DNA from: Chara braunii
Lineage: Eukaryota > Plantae > Charophyceae
Assembly (NCBI GenBank): GCA_003427395.1
Contig: BFEA01000001.1
Location: forward strand, 1,796,779-1,860,778
Length of the DNA: 64,000 bases
Reading direction: 5' to 3'
Every line of letters starts with the position of its first letter. Positions within the stretch are counted from its first letter, which is position 1. Below are positions 49,943 through 63,895 of the stretch, in pieces. The notes under the pieces were generated by a model. The model made no database searches, was not told where the DNA came from, and saw nothing but the letters and a program-made list of their open reading frames with translations. The position numbers were made by a program, and so were the translations under genes.

Positions 49943-50479
49943 GTAAGCCGCAAATGTATATATACTATCAAGTATCGTGAAACTGGTCGTTGGGACCACG
50001 GTTGTGCAACTTGTTTCTGTAATGCCAGAGTGATGAGAAAGGTTGGGAGATGGCGAAGCAAGCACGTTTCAATTTTAACCATGAAGCTCATGCAGGAGAT
50101 ACAGGAGAGTGCCGATATGTCGTGCAATCCAATCCGTTTATAATTTCTTGGCTTTTTACGTCCGTTGAAGAGGTGTGGTGTATCTGACTCTTTCTCTCTG
50201 GACCTGTGTGTAATTGCGGCTGACGTTTTGCAAGTTCTTTGCTGTCCTTTCCCTTCTTCACTCTCCCCCTGACTCTTTCTGTCGGGACCTGTGTGTAATT
50301 GCGGCTGACGTTTTGCATGTTCTTTGCTGTCCTTCCCCTTCTTCACTCTCCCCCTGCCCGCCCCCCCGCCCCTTTCGCCCTCCCCTCTCCCCCCTCCCTC
50401 GCTTCTTTATCCCCATCCCCACCCGCTTCTCCTCCCCTTTTTCCCGCCTTTCTTCTGTGCGCGTGCATTCGCTCGACAG

Positions 50480-50638
50480 GTGATTGTTCGACTGCGGCCA
50501 ATCAATGCAAGGGAGTCATCGATGCATGGAGATCGTCGATGCTTGCGTCAGGACAGTCCACGGTCGCTGATATTCTTCACGCATCCTGAGCCGCAGCGCT
50601 TCACATTCGATCATGTCGCCGGAGAGCACGTAACGCAG
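50480..50638 (+). CDS. KIN12: Kinesin-12-like motor, exon 2
   Basis: cag|VIVRLRPINARESSMHGDRRCLRQDSPRSLIFFTHPEPQRFTFDHVAGEHVTQ|gt; phase 0 at both ends. Confidence 0.93.
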
Positions 50639-51251
50639 GTACGGGAGGAGGAAACGCGTGCCCGAGTGTGTTTATTGGGGCGGGTGCGGAAGGTGGCGGA
50701 AGGAGGTGGGAGGACCCGGATGGAGGTGGGAGGATGAAGAAGGTTCATGGTGATCGCCATCATCGCCGTCATCATCTTCGTCATCTTTTATCGCCTGGCA
50801 TCATCTTCGTCATCTTTTATCGCCTGTCATCATCTTCGTCTTTAGCATCATTCTTGTCATCATCTTCGTCATCTTTTATCGCCTGTCATCATCTTCGTCA
50901 TCTTTGCACAGCCTTACCGGTTTCGGCTTGACGATGCTGCGGGCATATTCGCACTAGTACTTGTTCGACGGAGCCCTGGACGTGATTGCAGTCAGATGCA
51001 TCCAGGTTTGCCCGTGCACAATGAATGCCTATATCTTGCAAATGAACTCCGTGTCAGCATATACGCATGGACAGTCTGGAAATAACGCAGCAACGCGGCC
51101 GCGCTAGTGGAGGGATTCAGCGCAGACATGTGGTCCACTGGGGATTCAGGGAAAAGCTACCTGAATGAATGCATGAGTGTTTTCACAGCTGAATGATACC
51201 GCAGCCCTGAAGGTCCAAAACCGGTGTCTGTATTTGTTTGTTTGCTTGTGC

Positions 51252-51292
<41 letters not shown>

Positions 51293-51310
51293 TGTGTGTG
51301 TGTGTGTCAG

Positions 51311-51394
51311 GAGAGACTGTTTCGAGTTGCGGGGTTTCCGATGGTGGAAAATTGCCTCGAGGGATACAACAGCTGCATGTTTGCGTATGGACAG
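51311..51394 (+). CDS. KIN12: Kinesin-12-like motor, exon 3
   Basis: cag|[28 protein letters not shown]|gtgag; ends just before the TGSGKT P-loop. Confidence 0.95.
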
Positions 51395-52225
51395 GTGAGA
51401 CTAGTTCCGGAGTACCGCCTCGATCACCTACCCCCAAGAGTCCCATCCCCGCTTCTGTCTGTCTCTTTCTGAGAACGCTATCGTAAGTCCTCCCTCTGCT
51501 TTAGATCTTTGCCTCCTATCACTCCAGGCATGTTTTATGTAATTCTTTGCCCCTGCAACTCGAGTGACAGGAAACATAGTTGTGAAAGACAATATCCGAT
51601 TAGAGACGGTGGTAATCGTTGCCGTCTGCGCCAATTGATCATCTCGCCTCGATGCGCAGGTGGTTCTCGCAAAGAGCATGTGTGAGGTGCATGTCCAAAG
51701 CGTCGTCCAGCACCATCGTCTTGTATTATTCTATGGGGGGCACACCACCCGTGCACTGGTTCTATCATATGAATATATATGCATGTACGCAAAAGGTTCT
51801 GAACAGGGGGAGTTGTAAGGAAGAAGATATAAAAAAACGAATTCATTCTTTTTTCTTCTTTTTTTCGCTTTTGCGCTCTCATATTCATGTGATGAATATG
51901 CATTTATATCCATATATACATATCCATATCCATATGCATATCTATACGTATATCCATATATGTATACATATCCTTATACGAGTGGATGGGCGATATCGTT
52001 GGTGAGAGGAATGCGCGGTAGAGAGTGTGTACGATAGAAAGAGAATGTGTGATGGGTGTTTGAATGTATTGGAAAGAGGGAGGGAGGGGAGAGTAGTGAG
52101 CGGGCATGAGAGCGAGGAAACCGGGCGAGAGAGAGAGAGAAAGGATGTAGGTAGCAAGAAGAACCGTAGATGAGAGAATGTAGTACCTGTAGCTGTAGTG
52201 TGCATGTGAAGTACGCATGTGTGTA

Positions 52226-52228
<3 letters not shown>

Positions 52229-52312
<84 letters not shown>

Positions 52313-53222
52313 NNNNNNNNNNNNNNNNNNNNNNNNNNNNNNNNNNNNNNNNNNNNNNNNNNNNNNNNNNNNNNNNNNNNNNNNNNNNNNNNNNNNNNNN
52401 NNNNNNNNNNNNNNNNNNNNNNNNNNNNNNNNNNNNNNNNNNNNNNNNNNNNNNNNNNNNNNNNNNNNNNNNNNNNNNNNNNNNNNNNNNNNNNNNNNNN
52501 NNNNNNNNNNNNNNNNNNNNNNNNNNNNNNNNNNNNNNNNNNNNNNNNNNNNNNNNNNNNNNNNNNNNNNNNNNNNNNNNNNNNNNNNNNNNNNNNNNNN
52601 NNNNNNNNNNNNNNNNNNNNNNNNNNNNNNNNNNNNNNNNNNNNNNNNNNNNNNNNNNNNNNNNNNNNNNNNNNNNNNNNNNNNNNNNNNNNNNNNNNNN
52701 NNNNNNNNNNNNNNNNNNNNNNNNNNNNNNNNNNNNNNNNNNNNNNNNNNNNNNNNNNNNNNNNNNNNNNNNNNNNNNNNNNNNNNNNNNNNNNNNNNNN
52801 NNNNNNNNNNNNNNNNNNNNNNNNNNNNNNNNNNNNNNNNNNNNNNNNNNNNNNNNNNNNNNNNNNNNNNNNNNNNNNNNNNNNNNNNNNNNNNNNNNNN
52901 NNNNNNNNNNNNNNNNNNNNNNNNNNNNNNNNNNNNNNNNNNNNNNNNNNNNNNNNNNNNNNNNNNNNNNNNNNNNNNNNNNNNNNNNNNNNNNNNNNNN
53001 NNNNNNNNNNNNNNNNNNNNNNNNNNNNNNNNNNNNNNNNNNNNNNNNNNNNNNNNNNNNNNNNNNNNNNNNNNNNNNNNNNNNNNNNNNNNNNNNNNNN
53101 NNNNNNNNNNNNNNNNNNNNNNNNNNNNNNNNNNNNNNNNNNNNNNNNNNNNNNNNNNNNNNNNNNNNNNNNNNNNNNNNNNNNNNNNNNNNNNNNNNNN
53201 NNNNNNNNNNNNNNNNNNNNNN
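52229..53222. repeat. (TG)n(GA)n microsatellite followed by an assembly gap
   Basis: Directly visible; the N run is about 910 bp. Confidence 0.95.
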
Positions 53223-54274
53223 TTCTCTGTCTTCTCACTATCTTTTTTGTCTTGCTGACGGTCGGTAGTCACCCCTCTGGCACATTATTGCTCTCCTTTC
53301 TCCGACTCCCCTCGCCTGTCCTCCTCCTGCCCATTTTGTTTTTCCCGGTTTTCTCTTATGCTTACGCCTTTTGGTCTGCTTAATGGACTCCAACAGTCAT
53401 CTTCCCCATTTTTTCTCACCCTTTTAGATTATTCGCAATTGGGTGTGCTTTTGTGCTTTTATCCTTACTGCCCTGAGGCTCCTTTTTCCTGGTCGAATGT
53501 GCTGTCTGGCTATCTATGTCTATCTGGCTGTCTGCCCGTTTGCCTGTCTCCTCAACTCCCGTCTCCCCCTCACGCCTCCGCCGCTCCTCAACACGTCAAC
53601 CATTTTTCCAAGAAAAAGGAAACTTCCCTCCCCAACCCTTTCCGCTTTCGTCTATAGCTGTTGGCCTTTCGTCTTATTCATTTATTTGGTTATCTCCCAC
53701 CTTTCTGACTTCCCTCTCCTACTGAGTGCATTGCGTGCCTCTTTTCTGACTTCCGTCTTGTATTCCGTTTGCCACTTCCTGTTGACCGCACTCTCCTGCG
53801 CTCCCAGCTTTGCTGTCACCCATTTCCTCATAAATCCATCGATCTGGATTTCATGTACTCCCATCTGTTCAGCAGCTTCGAAATGTGGTCCAGTGGCCTG
53901 ACTTCCTCTCATCTCTCCCTTTCTCCCCCTCTTCTCTCCCTCTCTCCCTCTCCCTCTCTCTGCTCTCTCCTCCCTCTCCCTCTCACTATCCCCTCTCTCC
54001 CCCCTCTTTCTCCCCACTCTGTCCCTTTCGCTCTCCCTCCCGTCTCTCTTTTCCCCCTATGACCGGCTCATGTAAATGGTCGATTTCTTCTTTGTTCCAG
54101 TCTCTTCTTTCTCTGTTTCCAAAAAAATACGGCTACGGAAGTCCTTGGCTGCGCCTGTCGTTGTCTGTCAAGGTTAGACAGAAGGGTCCTCAGAATGCAT
54201 AGAAGTATAAGAAATCGATATATTTTTGTCTCTAGTGTTAGTAAGATCGAGCAGAATCACTCAGTACAACCCAG

Positions 54275-54345
54275 CCCATCTGGCAGAATGGTAAATATAT
54301 GTAACCGTTAGTAAAGAGGAATGAGTTCGAATCCTGACGGAATCA
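54275..54345 (+). ncRNA. tRNA-derived SINE-head-like segment
   Basis: A-box-like TGGCAGAATGG and B-box GAGTTCGAATCC at tRNA spacing; no intact cloverleaf. Confidence 0.5.
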
Positions 54346-54492
54346 GATGAACGCATTAAAGTTAGGGGATGGCGCGTTTTTTTTTTAAACAATGAATCAG
54401 AGAGCGCAGGATGATGAGAGTTCTTTGTTTTCCCGTTTTTTAAAAGGGGCCCAGGCAATTCAGAAATATTTGGTTTTACTCGTCAATTTTCA

Positions 54493-54557
54493 TCATCTGG
54501 ATTCGAACATGGGTCTGTATTTCAACAGTTCATGGTTGTACCCACTTAGCAGGCCCT
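54493..54557 (-). ncRNA. tRNA-derived SINE-head-like segment
   Basis: The minus strand reads GCTAAGTGG...GTTCGAATCC; homologous to 35215-35280. Confidence 0.6.
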
Positions 54558-55289
54558 TGGGTAGGATAAGGAGACTCCCATCGTTCTCAAGCTCTTGTTT
54601 TCTGGTTACTTCAGGGGCGAGAACTATTGTTCAAATCTAGGATAGCCCCACCCCAACAAACACAACTCCGGGAGTTGCATTATATTCGCGTCTGGGTGCT
54701 AAAGGTCTCTAACCCTCAACTCCGAAACCTCAAATATTAACTCTCTGGGCAGTTTTCACGTTCCTACTGAAATTGACTTTCGAATTTCGAGATGGCCCTC
54801 GGGATGAAGTTGTTTCTATTGCAATGCTGCATTTTTTTTTTTTCCAAAAATCTTTTTTTTTTTGTTTTTTTTTTTCCGAAGGGCGACCTTTCCGGCATGA
54901 TCCAGGCACTCCGGCCTGGTTCATGCTGAGGTTGCCTTTTCATTATAGAAGCTGGTAATCAGGTCCGGTGTCCCTTTCATCGAAAATAAAATTTGTGGCC
55001 AGCAGACGAACCGCAGTCAACAAGGCCCGACTGATTACCATTTACAAGCCAGGAATATCTGAGTAGAGAGGACACCTGTACAACAAGACAAGCTAAAAAC
55101 TAAAACAAAAAAAAACAATCAAAGAAAAAATGAAGAGAAGCGAATTTTTGGAGAGCCGTCACACTGAACAAGGCCGAGAACTGGTCCCAAACCTGCAAGG
55201 TCCGCAATGCCTTGGATGAGAAGCCGTTATGTTGTACTTTAAGGGCCCATTCAGTGGAAATGGTTTGCTTGATGTTAAACTTCACCTCA

Positions 55290-56165
55290 GCTCGCACCAT
55301 AGGCAGGGTGAGTTGTTCATGTCGGTGGACCCCCTGTCGCCCTCTTCCTATGCGCCCTGCAGCCTGGCTATGGCCGCGAGCGCCCTGCTGCCCTGCAGCG
55401 CCCCTCACCTCTCAGCGCCCGCGCGTGCCCCAGCCCGCAGACGACACTTGCATGCGAGCGCAGCAGCGTGTCCGCATTGCCTGCCTAGGCCAGCATGCTC
55501 TCGCTGGCTGGGTTGCTGCCTATATGGAAGTGGCAGCCACTACTGGACTCCCTGGGCCTGGCCGTGGAAGTTTCCAGTAGCTTCTGGTCGGGCCCCAGTG
55601 TCTGGGCCCAGGCCCATCTCGACAGTTGAGGGCCTGGGCCCAGGCCCATCTCGACAGTTGAGGGCCTGGGCCCTTTTCCGTTGGGCGCACCCAAAATTTC
55701 CCAGGCTCCCAATGTTTGCTGCATTTGCACTGGCCCGTGGGGTAGATACGTCAACAATGCTGGTTTCTGGTTGGCCCGTGGCCACATTGTGATGCGTTGT
55801 CCTCACAAGGCATGTGCCCAGGGCACAACCAGCCGGGCCCTGGGCTCAACTGCCTGGGGCGGTTACTTCTTCTGGAAGAGCTCAGGGTAGGGCTCAGGTT
55901 GTACTTCAACCAACTGTCGTGCAGCAACCGTCTGAGACGTGCATTGGAAAATGATGAGATAAGGGCCTCTCATGAATATTCCGGCCTGCCTTCACTTAGG
56001 GCGGGCATGAGGCTTGCTGGGGGCCACAGTAATAACATATGCATGTTGTCTAGGGGCCCCTGAGGACACATTCCTCTCATTCCATCCCCCTTAGCTTCAC
56101 AAGTCCGCTGAGATGCTTCTATGCAGGTGCCTTCCCCTTCAACCGTCTCTCATAGTCTGCCACAA
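55290..56165 (+). mobile_element. Dispersed non-coding repeat (same family as 20.5-22.1 kb)
   Basis: Long matches to 61180-61881 and 20550-21005. Confidence 0.8.
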
Positions 56166-57976
56166 TCTGAGGTGCACCCGATATGGATGGGGCCCTGGCC
56201 TCGAACAAGACCTCTCTCACAAGCTCCTCCCGATATGGAGGGGGGGGTGTTACATGCTGCGCCTGCACACACGCCCCATTTGAGGGGCTCGGCGGTTGCT
56301 GAGGGGCTCCCAGCCCGCGTGCATTTTGACACGCGCCCTAGAGGCCCACGGCGGCCTCTTAGGCTGCAGACACAATTTGAGGCAGCACTTATTATTTATT
56401 TATTTATTTGCTGTCCTATTTTTGTCTGTTCAGAACGTCGTTTCGGACTTGCAGTCCCCAAGGCACGACTTTGGGATTGGGTACACCAGAGGCAGGGGTG
56501 AAAGAGGCCAGGCGCACGCTGCGCCTTGCTGCATCAGCAGCACGGTTTGGACACCCGGTAGGGGCCCTGACCGTGCGGGCTGTTTCTGGCCACGCTGCAG
56601 CAACCCATTAGGGCCCTGCGCTGAATATTGCAATTAATTGCAGTGCTACAAGCGGGCTGTATACTAATTTTGTCCATTTTGTCGTTGTCGGGACATGTTC
56701 CGACAACCTTTGTTTGCTGTGTTGCCTGTTTGCCTGCTGTCTGCTTGTTTTGAGCCTTGCGGGACTAGATCCTGTGACCTTTAACTTGTGTGTGTTTTGT
56801 TTGTGAATATTGCGGGCTCTGGGACTTGTGTGTGTTTTGTTTGTGAATATTGCGGCCTCTGGGACTTGATCCCTGAGTCTGCCACTAGTGATCTCTGGTT
56901 GGTAGTCTTGGGCCATTCGGCCATTTTCTTTTGCCCTGTCATAGGTCTGTGTCCCTTTTCCCGTTTCCTGGTAGGTACAGGGAGTCGTAGGTTGCTCTCG
57001 TAGGGCTAGTCCGGGAGTAGAAGTAGCGGGCAGGGAAATTAGTTTGGGTCTTTTTTTGGATCGCGTTTGGACTGGGGGAAACTCTGCCCGTCTGTTGCTG
57101 GAGCGCTGCTGCACTATTTTGGGAGAGGTCATCTTCTTCCTCGAAGCCCAGCCATAGCTGGGGTTGGCTGGGGTTGGGAAAGGACGTTGAGGACTGCACT
57201 GCTGCTATTTCGCAGCTCTGCATGAGAGCTTCCACAGGACTGTGTTGTTGGGTTTGGGGGCTGCCATTTCCACTTGGCAGCCATATCTGCTCTTCCTCCT
57301 CACAAGGAACTCGTCTTCTTCGAAGTGTTGGAACGGTTGTCTCCTTCTTCATCAGGACTTCCAGCGCTGCACGTCCGTGCGGGTGTCGAGCTGGCGCTGT
57401 TATCATTAGGGTTGCTGGTTCAGATTGGCACGTTGTGACAGCTGTGGGGTTACTGCTGCAACGGCAAGTACTCTGGATTGATTGGAGGAGGACGAGGGAC
57501 TGCAGAATTGAAATTCGTTTTTCAATTCTCTGTGTGTTTTGAGCTTCCGCTGTGCATATCTTCTCTCCGGTTTTGTGTGGATTTGCCTCCTTCGAGTCTA
57601 CTCTGCAATTGCATGCGTGTATGAGAACGTGTGAATTTGTTGTGGATTTAAGTTCAATCGGGTACATAACATATAGCTGGGCTACGGCCTGGGCAGACAC
57701 ACAGTTCGGTAGCTCACTTCTTGAGCGACACCCTGCTTGTTTAGTGCTGCGATGGAAGGTTGGGAGTAGAGGATAGGAAGGCAGAGGGGCGGAGGCCATA
57801 CCTGCGGTAGGGGGACTTACCTGGCGCCATAGCTGGGACTCCCCGTGCACGCCATCTGCACACGACGACAATCGACGGTCAATGCGGCGGCGCCCACCTG
57901 CAGGTGAGACAGGGAGGAAGACAACATCTTCTTCTTCTTCTTCAGTCTCCCTCTCGTCTCCCTCCTTCCTCCTTTC

Positions 57977-58084
57977 CTCTTCTTCTTCTTCTTCTTCTTC
58001 TTCTTCTTCTTCTTCTTCTTCTTCTTCTTCTTCTTCTTCTTCTTCTTCTTCTTCTTCGGAGAGAGAGAGAGAGAGAGAGAGAGA
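57977..58084. repeat. (TTC)n and (GA)n microsatellites
   Basis: Directly visible. Confidence 0.95.
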
Positions 58085-60919
58085 TTACAGGCCGAGGATA
58101 CAGGCAGAGGTTACAGCGGGAATATCGCCCGGGATCTGATCCGACATTTTTTGAGGCAGACATTGATTGGGCATTCGACAAGGGACTATTTTTGGACTTC
58201 ACGATCTTGGTCTTCTCCCTTGCCTGCTTTCTCGTCTCGCCTCCCCCCCCGTCTCTCCTCCGTGGTATCTCCCCCATCTGTGTGGTCAAGGAGGGACCTT
58301 TCTTCCATGTATGCAGGTCCCTCCTCCTGTCTCACATGTGTGGCGTATAATGGGATGTCACGTCAGTCCTGGTCAGGTCGGGTCTTATCTTTAAGTCTTC
58401 AATTGCGCTACTTTGTGCCATTTTGTATGTATTGGGATGTACATTGCTTATTGATGTTTCACTGACATTGCATTGTCCATTGAGTCCTTTTCATCACATT
58501 GCAGATCCTTGGCTCCATACACATTGCCCAACGGGGCATGTGTCAATGTTTGTGGGTAACATTGAGCATCAATTGGAATATCCCTCCCCTGTATCCAACG
58601 TGCCTGTCCGCATCATCAAGCAGCGGTGTCTAAGGTGTGCATTAATGACGGCCCACCCCTATGCCCAGGAATATGCTTATAACCAGGACTGCCCTTTACT
58701 TATCCTCGCATGCAACGCGCCTTACGTCTGACTGATCTGGCTGATCAAGAGGCAGTTTAAGGACAGCCCCCAAGGTCCTCAGGAATTATTTAATGTCGCA
58801 GACAGGATGGAGATCACAGACAGCGGACAGTTCAGAACCCCGCCAGAAATGTTTATAGACGGTGTCGTGAGCGTCTGCATAGGACTGGTCAGTCTGCACT
58901 CCCTCTATCAGTGCAGCAATTAGCCTTCAAGGACAAAGCAGCATGGCCTGGGTGTACTACAATGGGTTGGCATGGTGACCGTGACCCATGCTTCGACCAG
59001 GGCCCTTCAGAGGTACCGCCCTCTCCTGCCAGATGCGCCACCGGGAAGAATGTCGTTTCTCAAGGTAGAGCGCTCACGATTCCTCTCGAAGATAGGACAC
59101 TCAAGGTTGGACTCACTTCCTCACCGTAAAAAGAGATTGAGAGGGTAGATAAGGTAAGGGAACAATGTTCCTGGAGATAGCTGCCCCCAACCGCAGATTT
59201 CTCACCAACTGAGCCAACGTGCATTTCGATGACTGGTCGTAGTTTCGGTACCACCCACAACGCAATGCAGTGCCACCTCAGCCAAAATGCCACAGCAGCA
59301 TGTTCTCATCATACATACATCTGCTGTCACCACAGCCTTCCTGCGACTCACCCCTCTACCTGGGTGTCGCAATATCTCACCAGCGCCAATGTATCCTCAC
59401 TGTACAGAAGCATCTTCAGCGCGCCAAGTAACAATGTCACCAGCGGCATTTATCGGTAAACCAATGGCCACACATAGGGAGCCAAGAAAGTGTTACTGGC
59501 ACCTTAGACCTATGCACAGACCGCACAGAGGGGCGTTCGGAAGACATAATACACAGTGAGACCCGTCGTAGCAAAAGACAGATCACCGAGAACGGGCCTA
59601 AGCTTTGTAGGATTCCTTCTCCCAATCTCCCTGCCCCGAGCACCCCATCCAATCCCCTCTGTCGACTAACATCCCTGACCACCGCAATAAAGTAGAAAAG
59701 TACTGCTAGGGATCGATAAGGATGGCGGTACTATGAGTCGTCTGCAAGGAAAGAAGCGGTGGAATCATTGAAGGTCAGACTAACCTCCGAGAGAAGAAGT
59801 GGGCACAGATGAAGACTCCATGACAAGCTGAAATTCTTTGCAGATGGCAGGGACAGAATTACTCGGTCGGCAGAGGATGAGGACCGGCAAGACAAAGTCA
59901 GAAGGAGCCCCATCAGATTGTGGTTAATGGAAGGGGAAAAAAGGATAGTGGCGCCGAGGGTCAGCTGGAAGGAAAGAGGTTGCAGAACCATCGAAGGACT
60001 CTCCATATCCAGGGAGGAGGCCCGAGCGGAAACGAAGTTCATGTTACAAGCGAAATCCGGGAGGCAAGTTGAGCTAGGCCGGAGGACGGGGACCAACAGA
60101 AAAAACTTAGATCCAAGTTTATCAGGCTATGACCGGTAAACGTTAAGGTGGTGGTCCTGCGGGAAGACCGAATACGCTGGAAAGAATGTTACAACTCGGA
60201 ACCAGGTCGGAGAAGACAGTCTGTGTTACAAACAGGAAGCCAGACCCTCGGATGAAAAATCGCACTAGGAAGGGCAAGACTGGGAGGCAGATGGGATCGG
60301 AAGAGTGGGCGGCTTGATCACGATAAGGGAAAGGAAAATAGGATGCAGCAGGCAGGGACTCTGGACTACAAATGGTTCAAGACCCACACCAGGCCACTTG
60401 AGTTGACAAACCAAGATGATCCAGAGGTCTCAGAAAATTTACTTCAAGACGAGGGTTTAGGGTTTAGGGTTTGGACGATACTTCCGTAACGAGAGACAAG
60501 GAGGAATAGGGGGAGACGAGACACATGGGTAAGGTAGAAGCATGAGTCTCAAGGGACAGCTTGAGTAGGCGGTAAGCTCTTTCTTGCTGTTATGGGTACA
60601 CCTGGCAGATCTAGTGAACAGATCTGAGAGGAAAGAGTAAAGCAGAGCAAACTGACAGTCAATCCTCCAGAAGACTGGAGTAATCAATGCTGTTCAGGGG
60701 TCTTTCGGACAGACGGGAGGAAGCGGGTGATTTTCATGATTGTAATGTTTTATTCTGACTTGCCGGTGGAATAGGAACCGGACTGTTGCTCCCCAGAATG
60801 GAAAGGAGCCAGGACCATAAGGCCCTGTTCTTTTAAAAGAGCACGCAGAAGTCCAGATAGTCATGTAACAAGCAGAGAGCTCAAATGCACCAAGATTCCA
60901 TCCAAATAAGAGCAATACG

Positions 60920-61881
60920 ATGAACTCGTGAGCCAATGTTCTAGCCCTCAGGCCACACCTACGCAGTATTCAATGTCGCTCCTCGCTGTCTGGCACCAGC
61001 GCCCAGCCTACTCTACCTTTCCTACCTAACCTACCTACCTTTCGTGCAACAGGCTCACTTCCATTTTGAAGACCAAGTACATGTCGTCAACGTAAATGCT
61101 GACCTCCCACATACACCAGGTACGTACTCTCGTCTCCCTCATCACACCCTGTCGTCCCACTTCTGGGGCTCCTTCGGAAGACCCCCTTTCGCCATTCTCT
61201 GCCTATGCGCCCCACTGCCCTGCAGCGCCCCTCACCTCTCAGCGCCCGTGCATGCCCCAGCCCGCAGATGTGCATGGAGACACTTGCGTGCGAGCGCAGC
61301 AGCGTGTCGGCATTGCCTGCCTAGGGCAGCATGCTCTTGTTGGGTTCCTTGCTGCCTATATGAAAGTGGCAGCCGCTGCTGGACTCCTTGGGCCTGGCTG
61401 AGGAAGTTTCCAGTAGCTTCTGGTCGGGCCCCAGTGTCTGCGCCCAGGCCCATCTCGACAGTTGAGGGCCTGGGCCCTTTTCAGTTGGGCACACACAGAA
61501 TTTCCCAGGCTCCGAATGTTTGCTGCATTTGCACTGGCCCGCGGGGTAGATACGACGACAATGCTGGTTTCTGGTTGGCCCGTGGCCCCATTGTGATGTG
61601 TCGGCCTCAAAAAGCATGTGCCCAGGGCACAACCACCCTGGCCCTGGGCTCAACTCCCTGGCGCGTTTACTTCTTCTGGAAGTGCCCAGGGTAGGGTTCA
61701 GGTGCTACTTCAACCAACTGTCGTGCAGCAACTGTCTGAGACCCGCATTGGAAAATGCCGAGATAAGGGTCTCTCGTGAATATTCCGGCCCGCCTTCACT
61801 TAGAACAGGCACGAGGCTTGCTGGGGGCCACAGTCAGAACATATGAATGTTGTCTAGGGGCCCCTAAGGACACATTCCTCA
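60920..61881 (+). mobile_element. Dispersed non-coding repeat (same family as 20.5-22.1 kb and 55.3 kb)
   Basis: Colinear with the reverse complement of about 21100-22092. Confidence 0.8.
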
Positions 61882-63779
61882 CATCTACATCCCTGTATTT
61901 TCTTTACCCAGAGTTTTGCCAACGGGAATGGGAATTATAAATTGCCAAAGTTGCGGCCCAAAATTTTATGCATGCCCCTTGATACAACTTTCAGGTTCAG
62001 TAGGCCCAACCTTTCCTTGGCTTCTGTGTATGCTGGCAAAAACGTAGGTAGGGCTGTGGTGAATTGATGGTTTAACGGAGTAGGGGAAACTGTACAGCAC
62101 CTCTTGTCAGATATCTGCTCCTGGCTTGGCTGAAATCTTTTTGTTTCCCCCCATCTCACTGTCCCTTTCAGGAAGAGGAAAGCCGGCGGCATGAGCAACT
62201 GAGGTTCAACTGCAAATGCTCTTATCTTGAGGTGTGTTCTTTTGCGTCATTCCTCTTTTTCCACTTGAAAAGGATATTGTATAGAGTCATCATCAGTGAG
62301 ACACAATCCTGCAATCTCGTCCTCTGTGAGGGCATACTCACACTGGGACATTTTCTACTAAGCTCTGTATGTGATTACATCCAGATTCGTCCAGGTTTGG
62401 CTGCAATTGCAGTCCAGTATAGAAGCGCTAGTGCGAGTAGGCCCTGATACAAAACCTGTCCGAAGCAGCAAACCTACTCCAATGGCTTGTTGTGTGATTG
62501 AGCAAAATCTTACACCATTGAAAAAACACTTTCCATTGAAAGGACAAAGTTAGCCTGGCCAGAATGTGCCCTGCCTTCTGCTCATCCTGTCCATCTGCAC
62601 ATCGGGATGCATTCTGAGGAATTTCTGACTGGGCTAAATTTTGCATTTGCAAACCTGAGCCGGACCTGTTATGTACTTTTACTTTATGGCTAGGCTGTTT
62701 GGCCGAGCCCCTGGGCACCCAACTTGGCTGGGCGCCCGGCTGGGCATGAACTCCGTGCGGGGTTCCAGGCAGCCCCAGCACGAGAAACAAAAACCAACAA
62801 AAAATAAAAAATTCTCGGAAAAAGATTGTGTAGAATTGCAATTCAAACGACATTCGGGTGAGGGTCACATCACAATTCCTCACAGGATTGAAGATAAAAA
62901 AGAGGAAACAACACAATCAGACTAAGGCACCCTCCTTTCGGCCCCTTCAGCCCCCCAAAGACCAATTTATACTCCGCTTCACCCCCTTGCCAGCCAACAC
63001 TCGAAAAAAGAAAGGAGCCCGGATATGGACCCCTCTGGGGACAAAACCCACCCTGAGAAAAAGAAAAAAGAAAAGAGAAGGGCTGATTTTTGCCTGCAAG
63101 GGTTGCCCCGTGCAGGTGACCCCTGGGCGACCTGCCCAGGCTGTACTGCACGGCCGGGCGAGTTTGGACCTTTTCCCAAATCTAAATTGATCCAGTGCAG
63201 TTCATTGGTTGGCTTGATGTGATTCTCCAGTGTAGAATTCACTTTAATGATTGCAATAAATATGGATTCACTCAGTGTTACATGCTGCGCCTGCAACAGG
63301 CTGCACGGACCACTTTCAGGCCCGTGACGTTTTCAGGCCAAAAGCCTGAAAACAAGGGCCTACAGGCCCTGTGTCGTTTCAGCCTGAAAGCCTGAAAACA
63401 ACGGCCTACGGTCCGTGTGTCGTTTCAGGCTAAATCAGAGCCTTTCCGGCCCTGAGTCTTTTCAGCCTGAAACTGAGGGCCATTTTCAGGCCCTCGTCAG
63501 ATCGACCTGCCCGGAAACTCAGGCACCGAACCAGGGTTTTAGCACAGGCTATTTTGTGCCTGTTTTCAAGACAACCCCTGGTTGAGCTTCAACACCAGGG
63601 TCTGGCATGTTTCGGCATTGGCAAGAGCAGCCTCCTGGACGGGCCAGCACTATATAGGACTGGCCCGCCCTGCAGGCTGCAAGTAGTTCCTAGGTACTTC
63701 CCAGGCACTTCACATGCAGTTCAGGAGGCAGGAGGTAGTCTTCAGGATTCGGCAGCAGCACTCTGGAGGAGCGCCACAG

Positions 63780-63895
63780 TAGTAGCAGCGCTAGCAGTAG
63801 TCTTCAGCGCTGGGCGCTAGTAGCGTTAGCAGTAGTCTTCAGCGCTGGGCGCTAGTAGCGTTAGCAGTAGTCTTCAGCGCTGGGCGCTAGTAGTA
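63780..63895. repeat. ~35-bp minisatellite, three copies
   Basis: tagcagtagtcttcagcgctgggcgctagtagcg is repeated. Confidence 0.9.

Noticed and set aside
51904-53383. Long ORFs spanning N runs and microsatellites (also at 1.5 and 5 kb)
   Set aside because: They are artefacts of gaps and dinucleotide repeats.
54059-54080. MTGSCK as the kinesin P-loop exon
   Set aside because: No AG acceptor before the Thr codon and no motor similarity afterwards.
56939-57871. 310-aa minus-strand ORF
   Set aside because: No recognisable domain, and a splice donor near its start makes the frame doubtful.
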